Positions 52,465 to 64,000 of a DNA stretch of 64,000 nucleotides are shown here, piece after piece. The stretch lies in the NCBI GenBank assembly GCA_963702435.1, contig CAVPCR010000001.1:1408001-1472000 (forward strand), in the 5' to 3' direction. Origin of the DNA: Candidatus Eiseniibacteriota bacterium. GTDB taxonomy: Bacteria > Eisenbacteria > RBG-16-71-46 > CAVPCR01. Under the pieces are notes generated by a model. It saw nothing but the letters and a program-made list of their open reading frames with translations, had not been told where the DNA came from and did not search any database. Position 1 is the first letter of the stretch; each line of letters opens with the position of its first letter. Made by a program: the position numbers and the translations under genes.

Positions 52465-53088
52465 ATGTCCAACCGACTCCGCATGACAGCCGCATCGCTC
52501 CTCGCCGTCCTGCTCGCACTCGGCTGCGGCACGGGCACCGAGCTCGTCGGTACCTGGCGCGACCCCACGTATACTGGAAAGCCGATTACGAGCGCGATGG
52601 TCATCGGTATCGCCCGCGTCGAGGACAACCGGAAGTTCTTCGAGAACGAGGTCGCGGCCCAGCTCCGGGGCCACGGCGTGCGCGCGGTGACGAGCTACTC
52701 GGTGTTGCCGGCCGGCGAGATGACCAAGGACCAGATCGTCGCGGCGGTCAAGGACGCGGGCGTCGAGGCCGTGCTCCTGACCCGCGTGAAGAATGTCGAC
52801 ACCACGATGACGTTCGTGGAAGGAAGCTCGTACGTCGTTCCCCAGTCCTCTTACAACGGCTACTACAACCAGTACTACCAGACCTACCAGACGGTGAACG
52901 AGCCGGGGTACGAGGACCAGGCCCTGACCGTCGTCCTCGAGAACAATCTCTACGCGGTTGCCGGCGAGAAGCTCCTGTGGAGCGCCACCTCGGAGACCTT
53001 CGATCCACAATCGACGGACGACGCGGTCAAGTCGATCGCCGGCGCCCTGGTGGAGGATCTCAAGAAGCAGGGGCTCGTTACCAAGTAG
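52465..53088 (+). CDS. Lipoprotein of unknown function (DUF4136-like)
   Basis: GGAGGGGGAG RBS; lipobox ALG-C; Tyr-rich loop. Confidence 0.75.
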   Translation: MSNRLRMTAASLLAVLLALGCGTGTELVGTWRDPTYTGKPITSAMVIGIARVEDNRKFFENEVAAQLRGHGVRAVTSYSVLPAGEMTKDQIVAAVKDAGVEAVLLTRVKNVDTTMTFVEGSSYVVPQSSYNGYYNQYYQTYQTVNEPGYEDQALTVVLENNLYAVAGEKLLWSATSETFDPQSTDDAVKSIAGALVEDLKKQGLVTK

Positions 53089-53125
53089 CCGCCGCTCCGC
53101 CGCTGCCGCGAGATGCAGCAAAGCA

Positions 53126-53159
53126 GAAGGGGGCAGGCCCACGGGCGCCTGCCCCCTTC
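53126..53159 (+). terminator. Terminator hairpin at the core/array boundary
   Basis: GAAGGGGGCAGGC...GCCTGCCCCCTTC. Confidence 0.75.
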
Positions 53160-53207
53160 GTCGTTCACCGGCGCGACAACGAGCAACGAGCGCGCCGACC
53201 GCGGCTC

Positions 53208-53270
53208 GCCTAACAGGTCGCCGAGAAGCTGCGGGCGCCGAAGGCGACCGTCAGCTTCATCGTGTTAGGA
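53208..53270 (-). repeat. attC site (distal; shortened R''-L'' spacer)
   Basis: Minus strand TCCTAAC..GATGAAGC...GCTTCTC..GTTAGGC; near-copy of 63380-63444. Confidence 0.8.
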
Positions 53271-53276
53271 AGGCCC

Positions 53277-53588
53277 TCACGACGCAAGGTCGTCGTGGTC
53301 CGACTGCATGCCATCGCGGCGCCACACGTCGAAGCTCGAGAAGAGAGTCGCAATCGGCCATGGGGCTCTCTCCGGAGGGTCTTGCGTCCACGTGAGGTGA
53401 ACGTCGACGACACGGCCCGTGCCATCTTCGATCGCGAACAGGACATCGTCGCAGTCGTCGCGGCGTGCGAGCGCTCGCACGGGGAGTCCGTGTAGCTCAT
53501 GGTCGGGACCGACCTCGCGACGCAGTACGCGCTCAAGTCCGGTCGCCTCCTCACCCGCAACCGGCCGCCACGGCTCGAGCCACTCCAT
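53277..53588 (-). CDS. Cassette hypothetical protein
   Basis: AAGGAG RBS; stop lies 6 bp before the attC. Confidence 0.7.
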   Translation of the reverse strand: MEWLEPWRPVAGEEATGLERVLRREVGPDHELHGLPVRALARRDDCDDVLFAIEDGTGRVVDVHLTWTQDPPERAPWPIATLFSSFDVWRRDGMQSDHDDLAS

Positions 53589-53751
53589 GACCGGTCTCTC
53601 CTTGACGCGAGCCTCAGCCGCCGCGGGCGTTCACTGCGGCCTCGCGCACATCCGGCGCCACGCCGCCCGCGCGCAGAGCGCTGCAGTTGAGGCGGCGCAC
53701 GAAATCCCCACGGGACCCTACCGCGGACAGGCGGCGCCGTAGATTGGCGAT

Positions 53752-54846
53752 TCACCGCGGTAGCCGCACCAGCGCGTCGCCGAGTCCCGTGAGATAGACC
53801 GGACCACCCGCCGGGCTGACGATCAACCCCGTGACGATGCCTGGTAGTGGGGCCCAAAGGTCCGGCGTGAGCAACTCCATGCGGGAGGTGCCTTCCTCGC
53901 CGAGACGATTGAACTCCGTGATCTGCGCCTGCTGCGCGGGAGTCTGCAGCTGAAACGCGGTGTGGCGTTCGCCGGTCGCCGTATTCACCATCACCACGGC
54001 ATTGTCGAGCGGCGACGCCACCCAGAGGTATCCCTCTCCGTCCAGCTCGAGGTTGTCGCCGGCGATCTCAGCGAATACCGAGCGCTCGCTCACCTGTCCC
54101 GAGGTAAGGTCGACGCGGTAGCGCAGCACGCGACCACCCGTCGTTTCGGCGACGTACAGAAGCCCCGCCTGCTCGTCGATCGCCAGGCCGTTCGCATAGA
54201 GGAGCGAGTCGACGACGACCGCCGCCGTCGCTGCCGGCTTGCCAGCCTGGGATGCGAGGCGCAGCACCGCCCCGTCGGAGATGGGAACATCCACCGCCGC
54301 CCACATGCGCGCCTCGCCCTCCTCGGGGGAATTGGCCGTGCTTTGGGTGAACCAGATCGAACCCCGCGAATCGCGCAAGGCGGTGTTGACGCCATAGTGG
54401 TGCTGGTAGATCCGCTCGGTCGCGCCGCTTTCCACATCCACGCGGTAGATCCCGCCGTGGTGAATGTCCGCCAGGAGCAGGTGCGTCCCGTCCGGCTCGA
54501 GCGAGATGCCATTTGCACCGCCGTTGCGGTCCGGTGGAGCATGCACATACCCCGCTCCAGCCAGGTCGCCGAAAGGAGTGCTGCTGCCGTCCGTCTCCAC
54601 CAGGCGCAGACCATGCGCCTGGTCGCTGACGATCAACCGGCCGTCTGGCAACGCAATGCCGTCTTCCGGGCGCAGGAGCGACCGGTCGGCCGGGAAGATC
54701 ATGTCTTGGGTGAACGACCAACGAGGCAACTCTTCAGTGGCCTTGTTAGTTGCTCGGGCGGGATCCCGCCCTGCTTCCGAGCAGGCTGCCACGGTCGCGG
54801 CAGCAGTGAGCGCAAGTAATGAGTTCAGGCGACGAGTCAGGATCAT
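53752..54846 (-). CDS. SMP-30/gluconolactonase-family lipoprotein (cassette)
   Basis: Lipobox VAA-C; RPEDG, ANGI, ANGL, GDNL propeller motifs. Confidence 0.82.
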   Translation of the reverse strand: MILTRRLNSLLALTAAATVAACSEAGRDPARATNKATEELPRWSFTQDMIFPADRSLLRPEDGIALPDGRLIVSDQAHGLRLVETDGSSTPFGDLAGAGYVHAPPDRNGGANGISLEPDGTHLLLADIHHGGIYRVDVESGATERIYQHHYGVNTALRDSRGSIWFTQSTANSPEEGEARMWAAVDVPISDGAVLRLASQAGKPAATAAVVVDSLLYANGLAIDEQAGLLYVAETTGGRVLRYRVDLTSGQVSERSVFAEIAGDNLELDGEGYLWVASPLDNAVVMVNTATGERHTAFQLQTPAQQAQITEFNRLGEEGTSRMELLTPDLWAPLPGIVTGLIVSPAGGPVYLTGLGDALVRLPR

Positions 54847-54942
54847 GATAGTTCCCTTCGGCGGTCGAATGGCCTTCGGCAGCGCGGGATGCCCGAGCCG
54901 GTTTGCCAGATAGACACCGTTACAGCGCCTTGTGCTGAGCCA

Positions 54943-55016
54943 ATCGAACGCCTGGCTTCAGCCGCGGCGGCGCTGGCTATTCCTCCCGCCCCGTCGGCTG
55001 CAAGCCGAGGTTGGAT
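54943..55016 (-). repeat. attC site
   Basis: ATCCAAC-5-CTT(G)CAGC...GCTGAAG-6-GTTCGAT. Confidence 0.85.
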
Positions 55017-55105
55017 CGCCTGGCAATTGCCTTACCACTTGGCCTCTCCGGCGCGTATGACACCATCCTCACGAGAAAGCCTGCCCGGCGGCCCCGCGCG
55101 GCCAA

Positions 55106-56446
55106 TCACCCCTCGACGCCGGTCCTCGAGATCCGTCCCGCAAAGCTCCCGAGGGTCGCTGGCAGGAGCGTCACGTACGACGCAATCAGCAGGAGCAGGT
55201 CCGCCCAGAAGAGGAACGCAAGGTAGCCATAGCGCACGAAGTCGCCGACGAGATTGTAGAAGACGATGTTCGAAAAGAGGATAGACAGAAGAAGAGCGGA
55301 CGTCACGGCATTGCGCGCGTTGAGAGTCCGCGCGCGTCCCGCGCTTGCCTGGGAACGCTTCACCCCTGTATTCGTCCCGGGAGCTGCCCCCTCTCCCTCC
55401 AGGAGCCGCCAAGCGAATAGGGCCTGGCAGAAGGGGAGAAAGACGAAGTCGTGTGGCCATGACGTCTTCAGAATGAAGGGGATCGTCAGGCAGACGAGCT
55501 GGAAGCTCCACAGATCGGCATGGCGCAGACGCGCGCGCTGAACCAGAAGGAGAAGTCCCATGTTGACAGCCGCAACGCCGATCGCGATCCAGTGCAAGAG
55601 TGAAGGATGGGCATGTGCCCCGACGCCCATCCCGCCAGCCATACGAAGTAAGACGTGGGGGAAAAACTGCGAGTGCGGATTGGCGTCAACCCAGCCCGAA
55701 TCGCGGAACGCCTCGAAGAGGGCGCCGTAGAAGCGCAGCGTCTCATTGCCCCCCAGTAGAAGACCGGGCACCACGAAAAGGAACGCCCCGCACGCGGCGG
55801 CCGCTACGAAAAGGAATCGAATGTTGCGGCGGGCGGCGAACGGTGCGAGAAACACAATCGGATAGAACTTGAAGCTCACCGCAAAGGCGAGGAGACCGGC
55901 GGCGGTGGCGTGGCGGCCGCGCTCGTAGAGAACGAGCATGCCCAGGAGGGCCACCACGATGAAGACGCCCACCTGACCTCCCATCAGATTGAACAGGACA
56001 GGATATGACGTGACAGTGAGGGCGGCGAAAAGCAGCTGAATCGGCAGCCCTCCTGCAACGAGCCGGCGGAAGAGATGAACGTAGAGAGAAACGAAGAGCA
56101 CCTGCAGGATGCCCCAGAGAACGAGCGACGTGTTGAGTTCCAGCGAGGAAAGCACGGCGAGCAATATGGCGATGAAAGCGGAGTAGAGAAATCCGTCAAC
56201 GGGGAGACCGCTTCGGAATACCGCCTCTCCCATGGGATAGTAATAATCGACGAAGTCACAGAAGGGGATCGGGCAGATTCCCCTCACGCCGGAGAAGCTC
56301 TGCCAGGTTCGGGCGTAATAGGCGAAGGCAAGGGCCATCAGGCCGGCGGCGGCGACCACTGGAAGCGTGACGCGCGCGCGGGCTGGAGCGGGGCGATCGG
56401 TGGCCTCAGGGGTCTGGGCGTGGCGGGCGCGGCGCTTCGTCGGCAC
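55106..56446 (-). CDS. GT87/DUF2029-like membrane glycosyltransferase (cassette)
   Basis: Multi-TM; DFVDYY, GGQV, SFKFYP, SWPHD. Confidence 0.75.
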   Translation of the reverse strand: MPTKRRARHAQTPEATDRPAPARARVTLPVVAAAGLMALAFAYYARTWQSFSGVRGICPIPFCDFVDYYYPMGEAVFRSGLPVDGFLYSAFIAILLAVLSSLELNTSLVLWGILQVLFVSLYVHLFRRLVAGGLPIQLLFAALTVTSYPVLFNLMGGQVGVFIVVALLGMLVLYERGRHATAAGLLAFAVSFKFYPIVFLAPFAARRNIRFLFVAAAACGAFLFVVPGLLLGGNETLRFYGALFEAFRDSGWVDANPHSQFFPHVLLRMAGGMGVGAHAHPSLLHWIAIGVAAVNMGLLLLVQRARLRHADLWSFQLVCLTIPFILKTSWPHDFVFLPFCQALFAWRLLEGEGAAPGTNTGVKRSQASAGRARTLNARNAVTSALLLSILFSNIVFYNLVGDFVRYGYLAFLFWADLLLLIASYVTLLPATLGSFAGRISRTGVEG

Positions 56447-56499
56447 GGCATCTCCACCTAGTTGCGTCTTCTCGCTTTCCGCGGCGAGTGTCTTGGGCG

Positions 56500-56559
56500 G
56501 TCCAACGCTCCAGTTCAGCGGCGGCGCGAAGCGCCAGCCGCTGCAACCGGTTGTTAGCT
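56500..56559 (-). repeat. attC site
   Basis: AGCTAAC-5-GTT(G)CAGC...GCTGAAC-6-GTTGGAC. Confidence 0.9.
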
Positions 56560-56607
56560 GACCGCTGTTGCCTCGCTGTGGAGCCGTCGAAGACGTTCAT
56601 GGCACGA

Positions 56608-58848
<2,241 letters not shown>

Positions 58849-58928
58849 CTAAGACCCGCTCGACACTCGCGCTTGCCTTGGAGCGACTCGCAAGCCAATT
58901 CGATGAGTGAACGAACTGTGATCACCAG

Positions 58929-58990
58929 GCAATCGCATATAGCATGCAGCGGCGGCGCGCAGCGCCGACCGCTGCATGCTGCTGTTAGAC
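58929..58990 (-). repeat. Degenerate attC (R'' and left arm intact, R' lost)
   Basis: GTCTAACAGCAGCATGCAGCGGTCGGCGCTGCGCGCCGCCGCTGCATGC; no GTT core follows. Confidence 0.6.
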
Positions 58991-59131
58991 AGCATTACGA
59001 GTCTTCAAAGTAGTCACCATCCATGGACTTGACCGTGTATGTGCTGCGCGGCGACACTCCTACGTTGTACTCGAACATAAGGCGCTGTTGCGCGACACAG
59101 CCGTTGACGATCCGGCTGATGCGCCAACGCA

Positions 59132-59878
59132 TCACCGCGGCATCAGCGCGAACACACCCCAGCCCAGGTATTCACGCGTGTAAGCGGCGTAGCGCTCGGG
59201 TTCCGAGGTCAGTTTGGTTCGAACATCTTTCGCGAGCTCGTCGTCGGGATTGGCTTCAAGCCATCGGCGCATAGTGAGCCACTTGGCTGCCTCGTATCTG
59301 TCCCAGTCGTCTTGGTCAGCCAGAACCATTTCAACGACGTCGTAGCCAAGTTGGCCGAAAGACGCGAGAAGTTCTGGAAGCATGAGAAAGTCGGAGATTG
59401 AGTTGGCAAGACACCCCTTGGCAACATCTTCCGTCGGCGGTAACTGCCGCCAGCAGGGCTCGCCGATGAGGATGATCCCTCCTGTGCGAAGGCTCCGCGC
59501 CAGAAGCTCGATAGTGCCGGCGACTCCCCCGGCGATCCAAGTGGCACCGACACAGGCTGCCACACTGACTTTCTCGTCAGAGACATAGCCGGCAGCGTCG
59601 CCATGGATGAACTTGACTTGACGGGCGACGCCGAGTTCTTCAGCACGAAGTTTCGCTTGCTCAGTGAACAACGGGCTCATGTCGATGCCGATGCCGATGA
59701 TGCCGTGATCGCGTGCCCAGGTACACAGCATCTCTCCCGATCCACTGCCGAGGTCGAGCACTCGGGCGCCCGATTCCAGACGCAGCGCCGCGCCGAGAGT
59801 GGCGAGCTTTTCGGCCGTGATCGGGTTGTGGATGCGGTGAGCACTCTCAGTGATGCTGAATATCCGTGGGATGTCCAT
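59132..59878 (-). CDS. Class I SAM-dependent methyltransferase (YjhP-like; cassette)
   Basis: MDIPRIF..ESAHRIHNP, VLDLGSGSG, GIDMS; ISL3 inserted just upstream. Confidence 0.85.
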   Translation of the reverse strand: MDIPRIFSITESAHRIHNPITAEKLATLGAALRLESGARVLDLGSGSGEMLCTWARDHGIIGIGIDMSPLFTEQAKLRAEELGVARQVKFIHGDAAGYVSDEKVSVAACVGATWIAGGVAGTIELLARSLRTGGIILIGEPCWRQLPPTEDVAKGCLANSISDFLMLPELLASFGQLGYDVVEMVLADQDDWDRYEAAKWLTMRRWLEANPDDELAKDVRTKLTSEPERYAAYTREYLGWGVFALMPR

Positions 59879-59911
59879 TGTGGAAGAGTTCCTTACGGGT
59901 GTGAATAGATT

Positions 59912-61227
59912 GGTTCTTCCGGGTTTTCCGTGGGTGAGGGCTGAGGTGTAGGCTCCGACCCGAAGGAGGGTCAGAGCCGTGCGTGACACCGAACTTTACC
60001 GGTACCTGTTGGGTCTTGAGTCGCCTTGGTCGGTCAGTCGGGTCGAGTTGAATCTCGAGCAGCAGCGGGTGGATGCGTGGACGGAGCATCCGCAGGGCCA
60101 GCGCTGGCCGTGCCCCGAGTGTGGTCAGGAGCTGGCGCTCTACGATCACAGCGAGGAGCGAGTGTGGCGGCACCTGGACAGCTGTCAGTTCAAGACCTTC
60201 CTCCACGCGCGGCCGCCGCGGGTGAACTGCTCCACGCATGGTGTGCGGCAAGTGCGACTGCCGTGGGCGGAGCCCCACGCACGCTTCACCGCCCTGTTCG
60301 AGCGCCTGGCGATCGACGTGCTGCGGGAGACGGACATCAGCGGGGCCACCGCGATCCTGCGCATCAGCTGGGACGAGGCCTGGCACCTGATGGAACGGGC
60401 GGTGGCTCGTGGCCAGCTGGCGAAGGGGGAGCGGATCGGCCCGCTGATCGGTGTAGATGAGGACGCGGTGGCCAAGGGGCAGAAGTACATGACGCTGGTG
60501 TACGACCTGAAGGAGGCGACCGTCGAGCACATCGCGGATGGCCGCAGTCAGGAGAGCCTGGACGGCTACTTCCGCGGCCTGACGCCGGCCCAGCGGGCGG
60601 GGATCGAGGCGATCGCCCTCGACATGTGGGACCCCTTCGCCCGTTCGATCCTCGAACACGTGCCCGATGCCGAGGACAAGATGGTCTTCGACCGGTTCCA
60701 CATCATGGCGCATATAGGGAAGGCAGTGGACGCGGTCCGCAAGCGGGAGCACCGCGCGCTGACCGCGGTCGGCGACGAGACCCTGAAGGGGAGCAAGTAC
60801 CTCTGGCTGTACGGGTTCGAGAACCTGCCCGAGAAGCACCGAGCCCGGTTCGCGGCGCTGCGGGACGCCGAGCTCAAGACGGGTCGGGCATGGGCGATCA
60901 AGGAGAGTCTGCGGGCGCTGTGGGACTACCGCAGCTACGCCTGGGCCAAGAAGCACTGGCAGGCCTGGTACTTCTGGGCGACCCACTCGCGCCTGGAGCC
61001 GATCATCGCGGTGGCCCGCCTGATCAAGCGCCATCTCCTCAACGTGCTCGCCTACTTCGATCATCCGATCACCAACGCCGTGGCGGAGGGCATCAACTCA
61101 AAGATCCGAGACGATCAAGAAGGCTGCCTACGGCTTCCGCAACCCGGAGCACTTCAAGACCGCCGTCTTCTTCCACTGCGGTGGCCTCAACCTCTACCCG
61201 GCTACCCACGGAAATCCCGGATGAACC
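59912..61227 (+). mobile_element. ISL3-family insertion sequence
   Basis: 24-bp IRs GGTTCTTCCGGGTTTTCCGTGGGT / GGTTCATCCGGGATTTCCGTGGGT (22/24 match); 8-bp TSD AATAGATT at 59904-59911 and 61228-61235. Confidence 0.95.
59979..61224 (+). pseudogene. ISL3 transposase with a +1 frameshift near the C-terminus
   Basis: CPECG zinc finger, GVDE, LDMW, FDRFH, NAVAEGINSKI; extra C at ~61106; conserved tail ETIKKAAYGFRN..F..A.FFHCGGL is in the shifted frame. Confidence 0.85.
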
Positions 61228-61243
61228 AATAGATTCGGTCAGG

Positions 61244-61375
61244 GCCTAACGCTAGTGCTCACCTGCGGGCGCTGACCGGCGCGGCCCTGGCAACGGTAGG
61301 AGTCGCGTCGGGCGCCCGCGACATCTCGCCAGGGCCGTGACGGGCGCGACCGTCAGGTGCAGCGCGTAGTTCGGT
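61244..61375 (-). repeat. attC site (132 bp)
   Basis: ACCGAAC-5-GCT(G)CACC...GGTGAGC-6-GTTAGGC. Confidence 0.88.
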
Positions 61376-61389
61376 GGCCCATCTGCTCA

Positions 61390-61695
61390 CTACTCGTAGT
61401 AGCGAATTGTGATGCTATCGATGTTCTCGCTCAGGTGCCGGTTGAGATACCCTACGAATGCCTGCAGCAGCTGCCACTCCGACTCAGGTATCTTGGATTG
61501 AACTTGGGCGTTCAGGGTGCCGCCGCGGGACACGTCCCAAGTGATCCAGCCCGGGTACTTGGCGTGGACCCAGCGACGCTTCTTCCGTCGGATGAAGGTC
61601 GTGGAGCCACCTCTCAGCCGTCGTTCCGTGCCCTCGAGTAGCCTGCCAAGTGTGGGGCGACCCAGTTCCAGAGGTACGACCGTGATCATCTTCAT
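61390..61695 (-). CDS. Cassette hypothetical protein (basic, 101 aa)
   Basis: GGAGGAG RBS; bounded by attC sites. Confidence 0.7.
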   Translation of the reverse strand: MKMITVVPLELGRPTLGRLLEGTERRLRGGSTTFIRRKKRRWVHAKYPGWITWDVSRGGTLNAQVQSKIPESEWQLLQAFVGYLNRHLSENIDSITIRYYE

Positions 61696-61798
61696 GAGCG
61701 AGTGGTCTCCTCCCTGTGTGGCATCTTGGCTATCCCCGAATACGATGCAGGGCTGCGCCCAGCCTCACCTTCATGCGGAACACCTCGCGGCTCAAGCT

Positions 61799-61862
61799 AC
61801 CGAACGCTCCGGTTCAGCGGCGGGCCGCGCAGCGGACCGTCCGCCGCAACCGGCTGTTCGGT
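61799..61862 (-). repeat. attC site
   Basis: ACCGAAC-5-GTT(G)CGGC...GCTGAAC-6-GTTCGGT. Confidence 0.9.
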
Positions 61863-61979
61863 GGTCTCCTTGATTCGCGACCAGCATCCATCCGGTGCTC
61901 AGATGAGGTTACCGATCATGGTGATAACGCACGTCGGCAAGGCGGACCAACCGATAATAGTCCGCACACGACAGCGCAC

Positions 61980-62159
61980 TCAGCTCGACTTCCGCGAGCC
62001 GCGCATGAGTGCGTAGAACAGGGCTGGGACGCCGATCGCCAAAGCGATCTTGCCGTATGCGATCTGCCCTGTCCCTTGAAATTGCAGATACGCGTTCGTC
62101 AGTGCCAGCAGCGCACCGACCAGCGCGAGAGCCATCGCGATCCACCACCCCTTTCGCAT
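61980..62159 (-). CDS. 59-aa two-TM membrane protein (cassette; not in ORF track)
   Basis: MRKGWWIAMALALVGALLALTNAYLQFQGTGQIAYGKIALAIGVPALFYALMRGSRKSS; AGGGGG RBS. Confidence 0.6.
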   Translation of the reverse strand: MRKGWWIAMALALVGALLALTNAYLQFQGTGQIAYGKIALAIGVPALFYALMRGSRKSS

Positions 62160-62282
62160 GGTTCCCCCCTATTCTCTTTCGTGACCCTGACTCCGTGGCC
62201 TGATCAAGTATCAAGCACTCGGCCGAACCCTTCGCCATTGGTGCTCTCGTGCCAGCCGCTCCAACCGATCTACCTCAGGTCT

Positions 62283-62314
62283 GCCGAACGTTCGAGCTAA
62301 GCGAGGGGTTAGGC
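62283..62314 (-). repeat. Internally deleted 32-bp attC
   Basis: GCCTAACCCCTCGCTTAGCTCGAACGTTCGGC. Confidence 0.7.
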
Positions 62315-62816
62315 AGCACTGGGCGCCGGCCGACGACTGAGGTGCTCATGAATGATTCGGAACTTGCCGCCGTCGTGCACGAGCACACGCGTACCCCGGC
62401 CTTGGATCTTGAACTCTCGATTGCCTTGGGAGCCTTCCCAGTTGTACGTGTAGATAGATTGCCGTCGCTGAGGCCATATCCGTTGTGAGGACCACGATGT
62501 CGGACAAGTAGAAACGAGCCTTCTTGACCGTGGGGTCACCCTTCCAGGTCTTCTCGAAGACCGCTCGAATGGCTGGGCGACCTACAAAGTCCCCGTCGTT
62601 GAAGCGGAAGTAGGCTCGTTCATCAATCATGTCTTCGAGTAGGCTGAAGTCCTCCTTCATGGCCACGTCCTCAAAGTGATTGAGGAACCGTATGACTGAC
62701 TCTCGGGCGGCAGTACTTTGCATTCGCAGCGACTCCTCAACAGTAGTGGTGCAGCCGGATGTGCCAAGGCCTGTTGCTGCCGCGACTGCGAAGAGGACTC
62801 TGCGGCGAGTGTTCAA
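62309..62816 (-). pseudogene. SnoaL/NTF2-family (lipo)protein with a 4-bp duplication frameshift
   Basis: ...DMASATAIY|TYNWEG...GRGTRVL...RIIHEHLS split across frames at ATCTATCT (~62452-62459); stop TAA inside attC R''; start uncertain. Confidence 0.7.
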
Positions 62817-62871
62817 CGACTGGGCCTTGGGCGTGCAAGTCAGAGACGGCTCTTCTTGTGGTCGAAGGTCC

Positions 62872-63312
62872 TCACGTTGCCTTGTTCCGAACAAGGATTG
62901 CCTTCATGTCTTCGAAGCCAATCGGGACAGAGGTGTGTTCGTGGATGATTCGCGGGACATCGCCAGCCGTGCGGAGCACCCAGGTAGTTCGGTTCTGCAT
63001 GGCGCGAAGTTGGACGCCTTCCGCTGAGAGGGCGGCATACGTCACGATTGCATTCACGGAAGACAAATCCCTGCCGGAAAGAGACATCACGTCCTCAAAG
63101 CTCACCCGCACTCGCTCTGAGCCAAGCGAACCGAACCACCCTTCCACCGCACGCCGCCAAGGCTCTGCACCGTCATACAACCAGACGCCCCAGGCATCAA
63201 AGATCCGAACGTCCAGCGAGTACAGGCGCATGAAGCCGTCGACGTCTTTGGCGAAGACGGCAGCCTCATAGGCACCGAGGATCCGAGCGAGGTCTTTGTC
63301 GATGTCCTTCAT
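62872..63312 (-). CDS. SnoaL/DUF4440 (YybH-like) NTF2-family protein (cassette)
   Basis: AKDVDGFMRLY..DVRIFD, RIIHEHTSVP. Confidence 0.82.
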   Translation of the reverse strand: MKDIDKDLARILGAYEAAVFAKDVDGFMRLYSLDVRIFDAWGVWLYDGAEPWRRAVEGWFGSLGSERVRVSFEDVMSLSGRDLSSVNAIVTYAALSAEGVQLRAMQNRTTWVLRTAGDVPRIIHEHTSVPIGFEDMKAILVRNKAT

Positions 63313-63379
63313 TCTGTTCCGCCCTTCCTTGACCCGACCTGGATGATAGCCAGACGCGGCGCCTGGGGTGTGCTGTGCC

Positions 63380-63444
63380 GCCTGACGCTCGCGGATAAGC
63401 TGCGGGCGCCGAAGGCAACCGTCAGCTTCATCGGCTTGTTAGGC
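63380..63444 (-). repeat. attC site (R' core GTC variant)
   Basis: GCCTAAC-5-GAT(G)AAGC...GCTTATC..GTCAGGC. Confidence 0.82.
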
Positions 63445-63830
63445 GGCGCCCACCGCGACGCTCAGCAATCAAAGACACTGCTACACCTGCAGCCAGAATC
63501 AGGAGCACTAATCCAAGCAATAACAAGTTGAAGCCGCTGCCGAGCATCTCCTTGAGCCACTTTGCTATCAGCATCTTCACGCCAACGACCATCAACACCA
63601 CTGCGAGTGCCACCTTGAGGTATCTGAACCTGTCGAGCATGCCTCCCAGCGCGAAATAGAGCGACCGGAGGCCGAGAATTGCGAACACGTTACTGGTAAA
63701 AACTAAAAACGGGTCAGCTGTGATAGCGAATATCGCCGGGATCGAGTCCACAGCGAAAATCAGGTCCGTAAACTCGACCATAATGAGGGCCAAGGCCAAG
63801 GGCGTGAGCATCCACGTGCCGGGCCGCCCT
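63428..63830 (-). pseudogene. TerC/Alx-family membrane protein, 3' part only (interrupted by IS)
   Basis: VEFTDLIFAVDSIPAIFAIT.DPFLVFTSNVFAILGLRSLYF. Confidence 0.85.
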
Positions 63831-64000
63831 CCGTGCCAATATGAGTGAGACACCCAGCCTCCCCGAGTTTAGTGTAGAGGGCGACCATGGAGTTCACGAT
63901 GACTTCCCAGTCTGGATTGATCCCGGTCGACAGAGAGGTCGAGGTGTCGGCAAAGGCAGAGCGGCGGCGATTCACCGCCGAGTACAAGCGGAAGATCCTC
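63828..64000 (+). mobile_element. Left end of an IS3-family-like element (orfA from 63887, cut by the window edge)
   Basis: End-like GTGCCAATATGAGTGAGACAC; orfA ...EVSAKAERRRFTAEYKRKIL HTH start; exact boundary approximate. Confidence 0.7.

Noticed and set aside
53600..53695. Possible additional attC between the 53277 and 53752 genes
   Set aside because: Only a loose CCTCAAC...GTCAAGG frame; L boxes and spacing do not fit. At best a heavily eroded site.
55021..55056. Minus-strand GCCAAGTGGTAAGGCA resembling a tRNA D-arm
   Set aside because: No anticodon arm, T-arm (GTTCGA) or acceptor stem follows; likely chance or a tiny remnant.
59878..59989. N-terminal extension of the methyltransferase in the ORF track
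   Set aside because: The extension runs through the ISL3 left end; the real start is ATG at 59878.

Overview
A very GC-rich, diderm bacterial chromosome segment. Three exported proteins end in FlgD-Ig/T9SS-CTD-like tails, and the lipoprotein families present suggest an FCB-group lineage such as Ca. Eisenbacteria or Latescibacterota (inference, not proven). Bases 1-53.2 kb are mostly core and envelope genes: Tat-signal tldD, osmC-like, secDF, tatD-rsmA, hsp20, metG, rex, gyrA, glnA-like, dinB, guaB-like, a heterodimeric ABC exporter, a MutS-like gene, two M28 peptidases and lhr. Bases 53.2-64 kb are visibly less GC-rich. They form a minus-strand integron gene-cassette array with at least 7 attC sites (plus 1-2 degenerate ones) and no intI in the window. 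The array carries katG, a GT87, a methyltransferase and SnoaL-like genes, and it is decaying: an ISL3 insertion with an 8-bp TSD, an IS3-like insertion into terC, and a collapsed attC. Best leads: (1) two adjacent apparent pseudo-enzymes (PdxJ-like and divergent polysaccharide deacetylase) with catalytic residues systematically replaced, directly upstream of secDF; (2) the cassette array, including a full catalase-peroxidase cassette; (3) an unannotated 28-aa leader peptide plus attenuator upstream of the ABC exporter; (4) a beta-barrel plus three related lipoproteins behind tatD-rsmA; (5) a GuaB-fold enzyme with a non-canonical active site.
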